DNA from: an uncultured Gammaproteobacteria bacterium
GTDB taxonomy: Bacteria > Pseudomonadota > Gammaproteobacteria > UBA9214
DNA: 64,000 bases
Direction: 5' to 3'
NCBI GenBank assembly: GCA_963768415.1
Contig: CAVYHX010000016.1
Location: 19,528-83,527, forward strand
Position 1 is the stretch's first letter. The number at the start of each line of letters is the position of its first letter. The position numbers and the translations under genes are program-made. The notes beneath the pieces are model-generated. The model did no database searches, was not told the DNA's origin, and was given only the letters and a program-made list of their open reading frames with translations. Below are positions 1 to 9,102 of the stretch, in pieces.

Positions 1-901
1 CGGCTGTATCGATGCACTGCTGACCTCGGTAGTGGCCGACAGCCTGACGCGGCAGGAACACAATTCGGACAAGGAACTGGTCGGGCAGGGTATCGGCAAC
101 GTCATGTCGGGCCTGTTCGGCGGCCTGCCGGGCGCGGGCGCGACCATGGGCACGGTGGTCGCTATCCAGGCCGGTGCCCGCAGTGCCCTGGCCGGGCTGG
201 TCAGGGTAGCGATACTCATCGTGGTCGTGCTGTGGGCCGCGGACCTGACGGCCGTCATCCCGCTCGCCGTGCTGGCGGGTATCGCACTGAAGGTCGGCAT
301 CAACATCATCGACTGGGGCTTTTTGAAACGGGCGCACCGGATCTCGCCCAAGGGCAGCGTGATCACCTACGGCGTTATCCTGCTCACCGTGTTCGTCGAT
401 CTCATCGTCGCCGTCGGTATCGGCCTGTTCGTCGCCAACGTGATGACGGTCATGCGCCTGTCGGAGCTGCAGGCGGCCGATGTGAAGGCGGTGACCGATC
501 CTGACAGTCCCGATATCGAGTTGACGCCCTACGAGAAAGACATGCTCCAGGAGGCCGGCAACAAGGTGCTGCTGCTGCACATGCGCGGATCGATCATCTT
601 CGGCGCCTCGCGCGCCATCAGCCGCAAGAACTCGGAGGTCGAGGGACGCGAGGCACTCGTCATCGACATGACCGATATGAAACATCTCGGCGTATCGTCC
701 GCCCTGGCGCTGGAACAGGCCATCCTCGACATGGTGCGGGCGGGCAAGGCCGTGTACGTGGCCGGCGCCGGCGAACAGCCGCGCAAGCGTATGGAAAACC
801 TCGGCCTGCTGGAATACATACCGCTCAAGCACTTCCAGGATACCAGGGCTAATGCCCTGCAGCTTGCCGTGTTCGGGCCGGTTGGTACGGCCAATGAATG
901 A
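1..901 (+). CDS. SulP-family anion permease, C-terminal part with STAS domain (5' end outside window)
   Basis: Frame is open from the window edge to TGA at 899-901. It has the SulP membrane-core motif GQGIGNVMSGLFGGLPGAGATMGTVV, further hydrophobic helices, then a STAS-like tail (VLLLHMRGSIIFGASRAI...LVIDMTDMKHLGVSSALALEQ). Confidence 0.85.
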   Translation, partial: GCIDALLTSVVADSLTRQEHNSDKELVGQGIGNVMSGLFGGLPGAGATMGTVVAIQAGARSALAGLVRVAILIVVVLWAADLTAVIPLAVLAGIALKVGINIIDWGFLKRAHRISPKGSVITYGVILLTVFVDLIVAVGIGLFVANVMTVMRLSELQAADVKAVTDPDSPDIELTPYEKDMLQEAGNKVLLLHMRGSIIFGASRAISRKNSEVEGREALVIDMTDMKHLGVSSALALEQAILDMVRAGKAVYVAGAGEQPRKRMENLGLLEYIPLKHFQDTRANALQLAVFGPVGTANE

Positions 902-1157
902 ATAGGTCAATCGGGACTGAATCGGTGTCAGAGTACAGTGCAGTGGAGAACAGGCTCGACAGTTTTGAACAGGCGCTGTCGGCAGATTCATTCAGCGGCA
1001 ACAGGGAACTCCGGCTGACCCGGCAGATCGACAAGCGGGACCGGGGGAATTAAGCGGAGAGGGTGGAAGGTCAAAGGCAAGACCAATCCGGCGGTACTGA
1101 AAAAGTAATCATGTAAATAAATGGACGGTGGAAAGATTAACAGGGGTCAGTACGCTG

Positions 1158-1403
1158 TTAATCCTTGTTTAGTGGACATTCCAGTGTAGTTACATCCATT
1201 CCACTCATGATTTTTATCGTGATCAGTTCCTTTGTGACTTTGTCGATTCCTTCGTACTGTGTCCCGGGTGGCAGGGCGCCGCGATGGGACTCAAAGCATT
1301 CACGTCCAGTCACGGGGTCGATAGCACTGCCTGGATCCTGCTGCCCGCAGGCGAGCAGCAGTGCAGAAAAGGCAAGGTACATGATGGCAGTGAATTTGCG
1401 CAT
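1158..1403 (-). CDS. small lipoprotein (hypothetical)
   Basis: The internal ATG at 1403 gives MRKFTAIMYLAFSALLLACGQQ, a signal peptide plus lipobox LLAC. The product is 81 aa and lies just downstream of the 387-aa gene on the same strand. Confidence 0.5.
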   Translation of the reverse strand: MRKFTAIMYLAFSALLLACGQQDPGSAIDPVTGRECFESHRGALPPGTQYEGIDKVTKELITIKIMSGMDVTTLECPLNKD

Positions 1404-1499
1404 GTTTGCCTGCTGCTGTCGATGGAATACATGAACGGCGAAACCGGTTGATGCACGGTGCACCATGCTCATACCATCGGCGACAGTCGGCCTGGCGCT

Positions 1500-2663
1500 T
1501 TACCCGGCAGCCTGCGCGACGATCTCAACCGACTCGGCCTCCGACATGTCACGCATGGCCGTATCCAGGTCGATCTGGTCGGGATTTTCCGTGCTCTGTT
1601 CACGCAATACGGAAACAAGCTCGGGCTGTTCCATAATACGCTGCCCCCCCTTCCTGTCCCTGAGAAATGCCGCCCACGGTACGAACTTGGTGGTGGGGAA
1701 GGGATCGTCGGGCTGCGGGGAAATGTCGAGATTCAACCCGGATATGTAGAACACGCATTTATCGCGAAAACACTGTGCGTGGGAGAGGGTTCGCAGGGTA
1801 CGATCGAACTCGATCTGGGTATTGATCTGTGCAGCTGTCAGCAGCGGCGATGGTGAAGTCACGATCCAGGGCATCGGGTAGATCAGGTGCGATTGCTGAT
1901 GATTGCGGCCCTCCACCGTCTCGTCCAGTGTGCGCAGATAGTAGAACATGTCCGGCAACAGGTGATCTCCGATGGGCACACGCTTTCCTTCGCCGAGCGC
2001 GGGAACCAGGTCCGCCAGCTGCCGCTGCAATGTCTCGCTGGCGAGGAAACTCTTGGAGGTACTGTGGGTGTGCACGGGGGTAAACTTGCCTTCGACATCG
2101 GGTCTGACAATGCGATTCAGCCGTAGAAACAGGCCTTCCTTGCGCGTGCCGCGCAGCAGTCCGTTGTCAATGCGCAGACACAGTTCGCCGTTGCAGTCTT
2201 CCAGTAATACGTCGGACTGCGCAATGCGATACTGTTCCAGGTACCAGTCCAGCACGCCGGCAAGCTTGCCGCAGCACGCGGTGTGGCGGTTGTCCTTGGT
2301 GCGTATCCTGCTATACGTGCCGAAGTGGTTGTCTTCTGGCTCGTAGCCGACATGGCTGGCCTGGATGATCACCAGCCCCTCGCCGTGCTCTGCATATGGG
2401 GCGTGCCGGTCCGTCGCGACCACAGCGCCACCCCGGCCGTGGTTGTAAGGAAAAGTGCCGAAGTGCTTGGTAATGACAATGATGGGGTAGCCCTGGTTCT
2501 CGTCGGAGCAGAAGGCGCGCGACGGGAGCATTTTGCCCGGTTTGAATCCCAGTGATTTGACATAGTTGTAGAGTCGCGGAATGAAGCTGCTGTAACGGAA
2601 CGTGGCTCCGTCAAGATGGAAGTTGCTTATCAGTTCCTCGACATTGGCTGCAGAAGTAAACAT
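1500..2663 (-). CDS. conserved hypothetical protein, possibly LCIB/theta-carbonic-anhydrase-like
   Basis: Clean 387-aa ORF with no signal peptide or TM segment. Motifs SRAFCSDENQGYP, IIQASHVGYEP and HTACCGKLAG give a Cys...His...Cys pattern that I recall from the LCIB family. Not verified by search. Confidence 0.6.
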   Translation of the reverse strand: MFTSAANVEELISNFHLDGATFRYSSFIPRLYNYVKSLGFKPGKMLPSRAFCSDENQGYPIIVITKHFGTFPYNHGRGGAVVATDRHAPYAEHGEGLVIIQASHVGYEPEDNHFGTYSRIRTKDNRHTACCGKLAGVLDWYLEQYRIAQSDVLLEDCNGELCLRIDNGLLRGTRKEGLFLRLNRIVRPDVEGKFTPVHTHSTSKSFLASETLQRQLADLVPALGEGKRVPIGDHLLPDMFYYLRTLDETVEGRNHQQSHLIYPMPWIVTSPSPLLTAAQINTQIEFDRTLRTLSHAQCFRDKCVFYISGLNLDISPQPDDPFPTTKFVPWAAFLRDRKGGQRIMEQPELVSVLREQSTENPDQIDLDTAMRDMSEAESVEIVAQAAG

Positions 2664-3129
2664 AGGGACCGCAAATCTCCGTATCCGGTGACCGGACTAT
2701 CAATATTTCGCAATGTGGATGAATCGAGCCTGCCCGTCGCATAGTGCGCACGGCCGGGGTGCGAACTGGACAGTATGCATAATTCAGGTACATTTTTCCA
2801 GAAGAATCAATGCGATCAGGATCGATTGAAATATAAATGGGGTCAGACTCGATTGATTTTATTCCGCTTCAGGAATTCGGCTGAGTTGTGGTCCACGTTC
2901 CCCGGCTTAATGGAGTCGGCGACGATCAAGTCCAGCTTTTTTTACGAACTAGTCTCATTTATCACCGACCCCTTTAATTCGCTGTCTATTACAGCGCCTG
3001 TGCCACCTCGTACATTGAAAGGCAACGATGGGTTAGATACAAGAGCACAGTTACTGCTTATATAAGAAAAAAATTTGTTCTGACACCGATTAAGCGGAGA
3101 CCGCGAAATCCGAAGCCTGAGTGGCCGTG

Positions 3130-4071
3130 CTACCAGATGCCGCTCAGCATGGCTATACCCTGTGCGTTATGCGCCAGTGCGGTATCCAGCAGTCCGGTGT
3201 GCATGCCGCCCAGGGCATACACCGGCATCGGCAGGTGTCTGCAGGCCGCTGCAAAACCCTCCCAGCCGAGCACGGGTGCGCCCGGGTGCGACTGCGTTGG
3301 CAGGACCGGTGAGAGTACGGCAAACTCCGCGCCCAGTCGGACCGCCTGCAGCAGTTCCTCGCGGTTATGGCAGGAAGCGGCCCACAGCATGTCGGTCACG
3401 GGCGGGGAATTGCGTGTCATGAACTGTGCGGTTTGCAGGTGCACGCCATCCGCGCCAGTGTCTATCGCGAGTTCGATGTCGCTGTTCAGCAGCACCCGCG
3501 CGCCATGCGTGTGGCACAGGGCAATGACATTTGCCGCAAACCGTCGCAGGGTGGCGGCATCCATGTCCTTTTCGCGTACCTGTACCAGGCGCACACCGTT
3601 CTGCAAGGCGGCCTGCAGGCGCTCCATAAAGACTTCGACCCCGAGTTTGCCTGCCTGGGTGATGGCGTACACCGGCGGCAGGCGCAGGGCGTTCATGATG
3701 TCATGATTCGCGGGTAGTAACGGCTTCACATCTATGCAGCGCGGATCCTGCCAGCTCAGCTGCTGGTCCTCACACCCGTGCGGCTCACCCAGCCATTCGG
3801 TTACACGAAACAGCTGCAGGTGGGCGGTGGCATGCGGATAACGAAAGTCACGCGTGAGCCACGGCTGTGAATTGCCGATGTCGATGGACAGTTCCTCGTG
3901 CAGTTCACGCGCCAGCGCGTCCCGGGGTGATTCGCCGGGCTCGATCTTGCCGCCGGGAAACTCCCAGTAACCCGCCATGGCCTTGCCGGCCGGCCTTTGT
4001 GCGAGCAGCACCCTGCCGTCGGCGCGTCTGAGGATGCCGACAGCGACCTGAATCTCGGGTGGTCTGGTCAT
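3130..4071 (-). CDS. Nudix (MutT-like) hydrolase fused to a ThiE/TenI-like domain
   Basis: N-terminal Nudix box GGKIEPGESPRDALARELHEELSI. The C-terminal ~190 aa carry thiamine-phosphate-synthase-like motifs (LVQVREKD, GADGVHL, VYALGGM). Confidence 0.85.
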   Translation of the reverse strand: MTRPPEIQVAVGILRRADGRVLLAQRPAGKAMAGYWEFPGGKIEPGESPRDALARELHEELSIDIGNSQPWLTRDFRYPHATAHLQLFRVTEWLGEPHGCEDQQLSWQDPRCIDVKPLLPANHDIMNALRLPPVYAITQAGKLGVEVFMERLQAALQNGVRLVQVREKDMDAATLRRFAANVIALCHTHGARVLLNSDIELAIDTGADGVHLQTAQFMTRNSPPVTDMLWAASCHNREELLQAVRLGAEFAVLSPVLPTQSHPGAPVLGWEGFAAACRHLPMPVYALGGMHTGLLDTALAHNAQGIAMLSGIW

Positions 4072-4149
4072 GGATAGAGGTACGGGTTACGCTTACACGC
4101 TGCCTGGCAATGGCAATGCGGAGGAGAACAGGTCCATTCGGGCCCCGGA

Positions 4150-4461
4150 TCAGTCGTTATCACCCAGGCTGGCATCCCAGCCCGCATCGCGGGCCCGTTG
4201 AAAGGCGTCTTTCTGGATGCGCATATATCGATCCTTTATGTCATCAGGAAGCAAATTGACCTGGTGATTGTATTTTGCCCACTCGTCCAGCGTTTTGCCC
4301 CACAGCTCCTCGATGCGCTGTATCGGCCATCCGGCACAGGTTTCGGTCTCAGGAATCAGCCCGAATGCCCAGGAATCCCGGATGATCCGCCCGGCAGCAG
4401 TCATGCCGCCGTCTCTGTCCTTGTCGATACCCGGATAGGTTTTAGGGGTAGTGGGGCGCAT
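4150..4461 (-). CDS. hypothetical protein (103 aa)
   Basis: ORF with protein-like composition (WAFGLIPETETCAGWPIQRIEELWGKTLDEW). No family recognised. Confidence 0.45.
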   Translation of the reverse strand: MRPTTPKTYPGIDKDRDGGMTAAGRIIRDSWAFGLIPETETCAGWPIQRIEELWGKTLDEWAKYNHQVNLLPDDIKDRYMRIQKDAFQRARDAGWDASLGDND

Positions 4462-5569
4462 GCGGAGTAGTGTGTCTGGTAGGAACAGTCAGCAACTGAT
4501 CAGGGATTCTGAGCGTATGATTATAGAGTCAGAGCCTGATATTTCCTAATCCCCGCTCCATCCGTATACGGTGGACATCGCAGCCAGGCAGACTGGAGGT
4601 GGAACCCGGTCGGAATAAGGGCCCCTGAACCCGTACGTGCGCCTGCCGTCCCGTGCGGAGCAGATGTCGCTGACCCCTGCCGTTTCACAAGCTGTCGAGC
4701 AGTGCCCCGGCAGGGTTGAAGTGGCAGATTACAGCATCTGCTGCCGTTTGCAGGAGCGTATTTCCAGTCTCAGGCAGGAGAACTCTGAGGTCACAGCTCG
4801 ATGACTATCGTAATGGCCTTGTGACCCGTCAGGATACGGCTGCCCGGTCGGCTGACTGAATCGGCCGCAGCCTCCATGCGAATGGTGTCCGTATCGCGCG
4901 GGCAGCCTGTGTGGAAGACCGCAACAGGTACGGCACGGAATGTCTCGAGAAGCGAGGCGGTGATGTGTTGCGCCAGGCAGCCAAGTCCAGTCCGGAACTT
5001 GCGACTGCGATGGAGACCTGGAAGGAGATCAGGTATCGAATTCGATACTGTTGACAAGCTCGACATATCCCGCAAGCAGGAGCGTCGGACTACGGCGTAA
5101 AAATCGGCTGCCCGCCGCAAGTCATCGCGGCGTGGACGCCAACCCTAAACAATTATTTTAAGAATCATGATGAAGATTGACGGTTTTCTTGAGGATTGAC
5201 GAGTGAACATTGGCCGGCGGCGCGGCGGTTGGCAATGAACTCGGTGGCCGCGGCGGTGCCATTGTCGGTAGCGCTCTGGGCCTACCCGCGAATAGTGTGC
5301 GTATCAGCAAAGGCAAAACTTCGAGCAGGAAAATCATCGAGATCACCGGGCTGGACGCCGGCGAGGTTCACAAAGTGTTAGCCAGGCACGACACCGGTTT
5401 CTGAAACAACTCTCCGTAATAAAACTTCACCTCTCTTGAGTGGGCTGATCCCTTGTAATAATGCTGTCGTGCCCCCATTATAAAAAGTCCGGGGTATGCT
5501 GCAGATAACACCTGAAGAAAGCTGGGGTATTTGCGGAGGACCTCAATTTATTTGCAGGAGAGGCAGTGT

Positions 5570-5866
5570 ATGGACGTGGAATTCAATGAGGCCGGATTTC
5601 TAAAAAGCAAGGATGACTGGAATGAGGACGTGATGCGCTTTATTGCAGACAGGGAAGGGATTGAGTTAACAGATGATGTTATCAAATACGTCAACTCTGC
5701 AAGAGAATTGTATGAGGAAAATGCTGTCGTCCCTGTGCTGAGAGAATTCTCCAAATTACATGGCGGTGACAGAAAAGGTACGCACCTGAACAAAATATTC
5801 AATGGCGGGCCAATGAAAAAAATAGCCATGCTGGGTGGACTTCCGCAACCTACGGGTTGTGTGTAG
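5570..5866 (+). CDS. TusE/DsrC-family sulfur-relay protein
   Basis: ATG at 5570 is preceded by GGAGAGG. C-terminus ...GGLPQPTGCV matches the DsrC/TusE signature (P-x-P-T-G-C-V). Only the penultimate Cys is present. Confidence 0.85.
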   Translation: MDVEFNEAGFLKSKDDWNEDVMRFIADREGIELTDDVIKYVNSARELYEENAVVPVLREFSKLHGGDRKGTHLNKIFNGGPMKKIAMLGGLPQPTGCV

Positions 5867-5990
5867 CGCAGTAAAATGGTGTCAGGGTAGATCAGATTCT
5901 GTTCCGGTTATTCCCCGTGGTCAGACAAACCAGTGTGTTTCGTTATTTCGAACGCAAGTAATGCATGAAAAAAAGCAGGCGGTGGAATGA

Positions 5991-7748
5991 TTAATTATCG
6001 CGTCTGCGGCGTGGCTTGTGCCGTTTTTCAGGAACACGAAAGACGTTGTCGCCGATTTCGCGTTTGATATTCGTATTTCGCCGAATGATATCGGCCAGGC
6101 TGGAGCGCCGCACTACCCGCAGATCATCACGGCCAAGGCTGCGCTCGTACCAGAACCGGTCACCGTCGCGCAGTGCCTCGAATTGTTCCTTGAGTGAGAT
6201 ATACATCAGTTTCCCGACCATTGCTCCGGGCAGGTGGTCTTCCGCCAGGCTGCCGACCCATACATCAATGTCATCGACAGTTGCATAGGCGCTCGCGAGA
6301 CGGGCCTGGATATGCGGGTCGGAGCTGATATCCGCAAAAGTTTGCGCCGGCTGCAAGCCAAAACCGATGCGCGCGTCATTGTATCCAGGCAGGCCATGAT
6401 CACGGCCGCGCTGGATATTAAGTGCAACCAGATCAAAGCCGCCCGCCCCGGGTTCTCCGAACAGGAAGTTGCGCACATCATCCACTACGTACACGTCCAC
6501 CTCTTCGCACATCTGGTTGGCGAGTCCGCGTAATAACGGCTCGATGCCGCCTTCGTCTGTAATGTGATGCGGTGCGAAGAATGCATCACGCAGGCGCAAG
6601 TGGCCATGCCGAATCTCCTTTCCGTGCTTGTCCAGCCGCGCAAGGGCCGGGCTCAGGGCGCTGTGACCATAGCGGTACAGGGCACCGGAAAATACATTGC
6701 TGATCATTGCATCGACATCCTGCCGGTAACCCCGGTATGGGGCCAGGGCGTCGGCTCCCAGCAGCATCGGGAGGTATTCGTTATAGGTAATTGCCTGCAT
6801 CTGTGCGCCTACGATCCGGCGCGCATGTTCGTAGATCTGGTCACCGTCCAGATGGCGCTTGTGTCTGGCGATGATTCCTGCCAGACGATTATGTTCACGC
6901 ACAAACAGTGTATGCAGCGCGGTAAGTCCCACTTGTTCATTGGCGCGTACATCACCGGCCAGGAACAGGGCCGGACTGTCACCCCCGGCATTGGGCAGGC
7001 CATCGACGTTGAATGGCAACAGGTCATTGTCACTGGTCTTCAGGCGGCCGGTCCCATCATTGGTGCGCAGCGCTTGCGCACGCGTCTCATCAGACCCGTA
7101 GACATTGGAGGCGTCGATCCATGCCGTAATCTCGTTGATTTGTTGCCGGGGATTTTCGGAACCGGTTCCGGTGTCGATGGCGTACAGCGAACGGTTAAAT
7201 GCTATGTAATCATCTCCACTCCAGTCCGGATCGAAGTGAAGATCACCTGCCGGGACCGCGATTCCGGCCGGTTCGGGAGGGCTGGTACCATCGGTCAGGT
7301 CAATATCATGGTCCAGGAACTGGCCCCACTGCCAGAGGAAATCGCTGGCCGATACTTCATTGGGCAAGCTATGTTGTGAATGCGCACTGATGATATTGCT
7401 GAGCGCACGCGCGCTGGGCCGGTCCGCCCCGGCCATCTGGGACACGCCATCGGCGTAGTCCGCTGCAAGCCGGCGCCGCAGAGGGGTGTTAGCCGCGCCC
7501 ATTGCCGGTGTCTGGCGATTATTGCCACTGCCATCGATACTGCGTATGGAATAACCGCGCCTCTGGTTGCGCGCCGTGTCCGAATGTTCCCTGCGGATGC
7601 GCAGGGCGGGTGATACTGCATCGCTCTCCATGGCTGCGGTAAGCAGGTGTGGCGCAGTACCCGCGCCGGACTCCGTGATGCCCGCAATTGATGCGATTAG
7701 CAGGATTCCCAGGACGGCCGCTGGCCGACTGGAGGCTCGAATGATCAT
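5991..7748 (-). CDS. secreted animal-haem-peroxidase family protein (peroxidase-cyclooxygenase superfamily)
   Basis: N-terminal signal-like segment AAVLGILLIASIAG. Distal-His motif FLWQWGQFLDHDIDLT and proximal-His motif LYRYGHSAL are typical of the family. Confidence 0.85.
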   Translation of the reverse strand: MIIRASSRPAAVLGILLIASIAGITESGAGTAPHLLTAAMESDAVSPALRIRREHSDTARNQRRGYSIRSIDGSGNNRQTPAMGAANTPLRRRLAADYADGVSQMAGADRPSARALSNIISAHSQHSLPNEVSASDFLWQWGQFLDHDIDLTDGTSPPEPAGIAVPAGDLHFDPDWSGDDYIAFNRSLYAIDTGTGSENPRQQINEITAWIDASNVYGSDETRAQALRTNDGTGRLKTSDNDLLPFNVDGLPNAGGDSPALFLAGDVRANEQVGLTALHTLFVREHNRLAGIIARHKRHLDGDQIYEHARRIVGAQMQAITYNEYLPMLLGADALAPYRGYRQDVDAMISNVFSGALYRYGHSALSPALARLDKHGKEIRHGHLRLRDAFFAPHHITDEGGIEPLLRGLANQMCEEVDVYVVDDVRNFLFGEPGAGGFDLVALNIQRGRDHGLPGYNDARIGFGLQPAQTFADISSDPHIQARLASAYATVDDIDVWVGSLAEDHLPGAMVGKLMYISLKEQFEALRDGDRFWYERSLGRDDLRVVRRSSLADIIRRNTNIKREIGDNVFRVPEKRHKPRRRRDN

Positions 7749-8265
7749 AGCTATAATCTTGTTGTTGTTAACAGAAATATGATTGTTTCTGTTCGCTCTT
7801 TTTAATTATCTTTTTAAACTCTATGCATATCAGTAGCATAGAAGCGCAACATGGGTTGATCTCCATGCTGCCCAATAACAAAAGTAATACATCCCCCTGG
7901 GTATATCAAGTTACGCGCGTTACCTGGAACCGCCACTATTCGTAGTCCGGGCCCTGGCCCCCCGGCTACACCACGCTCCCGGGTATGCTGGTCGAAACTC
8001 CATGGCGCCGCTATTGGCAGGTTGTTTGATGCTGGCCGGCATATTACTGCAGACCTCGATAACGTCCGTGTGACAGCGGCACCGGTTGGCGCGCTGTTAT
8101 CAGTGATGCCTGGAATTCCGGAGATGTTGCAGGTCGGCGCTTGCAGGCAGGATGACAGGATACCTGAGATATCAATATGCCCGGCCGGTATATGTATGCA
8201 TGACAGCGTGCTTATCCGGATTACCGCTGGCCAGCATCATGCCTGGCCTTAAGCGTTCAGCTGTT

Positions 8266-8553
8266 CTAGAAGATGTCGCTGAGCGCCTCGCGCAAGAGTT
8301 GCTCCTCGCGCAGCATCTCAATCCTGCGGCGGGCTTCAGCCGCATGCGCGCTGGTGGCCGAATGGCCGCTGACTGCATCATTGCCATCCATATCCATGTC
8401 ATCGATATCTTCCGGCGCATCATGCCATGCGGATTGTGTTGTTTCCGTGCGGGCAGCTGTGTGCCTGCGGGAGGTGTTTCCCTGGCGCTGGTCTTTGGAG
8501 CGGCTCCCGGTTGCCGCGCATGTTGTTCGGGAGCGCGTGTTACTGCGCTTCAT
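8266..8553 (-). CDS. small charged protein, possibly PA3496-family envelope-integrity protein
   Basis: MKRSNTRSR... start at 8553. The C-terminal ARRRIEMLREEQLLREALSDIF resembles the PA3496-family tail as I recall it. The alternative start is 8577. Confidence 0.4.
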   Translation of the reverse strand: MKRSNTRSRTTCAATGSRSKDQRQGNTSRRHTAARTETTQSAWHDAPEDIDDMDMDGNDAVSGHSATSAHAAEARRRIEMLREEQLLREALSDIF

Positions 8554-8848
8554 TTTCGTTGATAGCAGCCTCTGCATCGTTGACAGCAGCCTCTACCTCG
8601 GTGTTGTCGTCCATCTCGGGCGGCGGTGTGTAGTCTTCCACCCCGATTTCCGGTGCAAGGTCTTCCTCGCCGCGGGATGCAAGGCAACCATCGATATATT
8701 CCGCATGCAGCTCTGGGGATATGCCATAGTAGTCGGCTTCCGCACGGCATTCCGCCAGGGGGTTGGCTGCAGCCGGCTGCATGGCCGCGCAGATGACCAG
8801 GGTCGTAAACTGCGCTGGCAACAGGGAAATACGACGGATTTTTTTCAT
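8540..8848 (-). CDS. small exported acidic protein (hypothetical)
   Basis: MKKIRRISLLPAQFTTLVICAAMQPAAA is a signal peptide. The mature part is acidic and has two Cys. Confidence 0.5.
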   Translation of the reverse strand: MKKIRRISLLPAQFTTLVICAAMQPAAANPLAECRAEADYYGISPELHAEYIDGCLASRGEEDLAPEIGVEDYTPPPEMDDNTEVEAAVNDAEAAINENEAQ

Positions 8849-9102
8849 CGTGAAACCTCGCTATGGCAGGCGGATGTCCGCCGGACACTAAAAAACCGGC
8901 CGCAACCACGGCCGGACACGGTATTATCTGGCGGGTTGTACCAGCCCGGTTCGGGTTTCACGAGGGAGTGGATGGTATATCCACTGTCCCGAATTCCGGT
9001 TGTGTTCCGCAGTATCAAAATCTTATACGGGCGCATGGTACGGTCGGCAAACGAATTATTTTCGTGCTCACGATTAACGTTATTAATCGATGGACAGGCC
9101 CG

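Noticed and set aside
2775-3065. 96-aa plus-strand ORF in the AT-rich spacer between the 387-aa gene and the Nudix fusion gene
   Set aside because: Its composition is unlike that of neighbouring genes, and it has no SD. The region is more plausibly the promoter and leader of the 387-aa gene.
5210-5404. 64-aa glycine-zipper-like ORF
   Set aside because: It has only a TTG start, no SD, no signal or TM context, and sits in an otherwise non-coding stretch. I treated it as a possible remnant (see finding) rather than a feature.
4462-5530. Search for RNase P RNA, tmRNA or 6S RNA signatures in the largest gene-free region
   Set aside because: I could not find the conserved GGAAAGTCCGGGC-type (RNase P) or tRNA-like-end (tmRNA) motifs by eye. 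A covariance-model scan would be needed.
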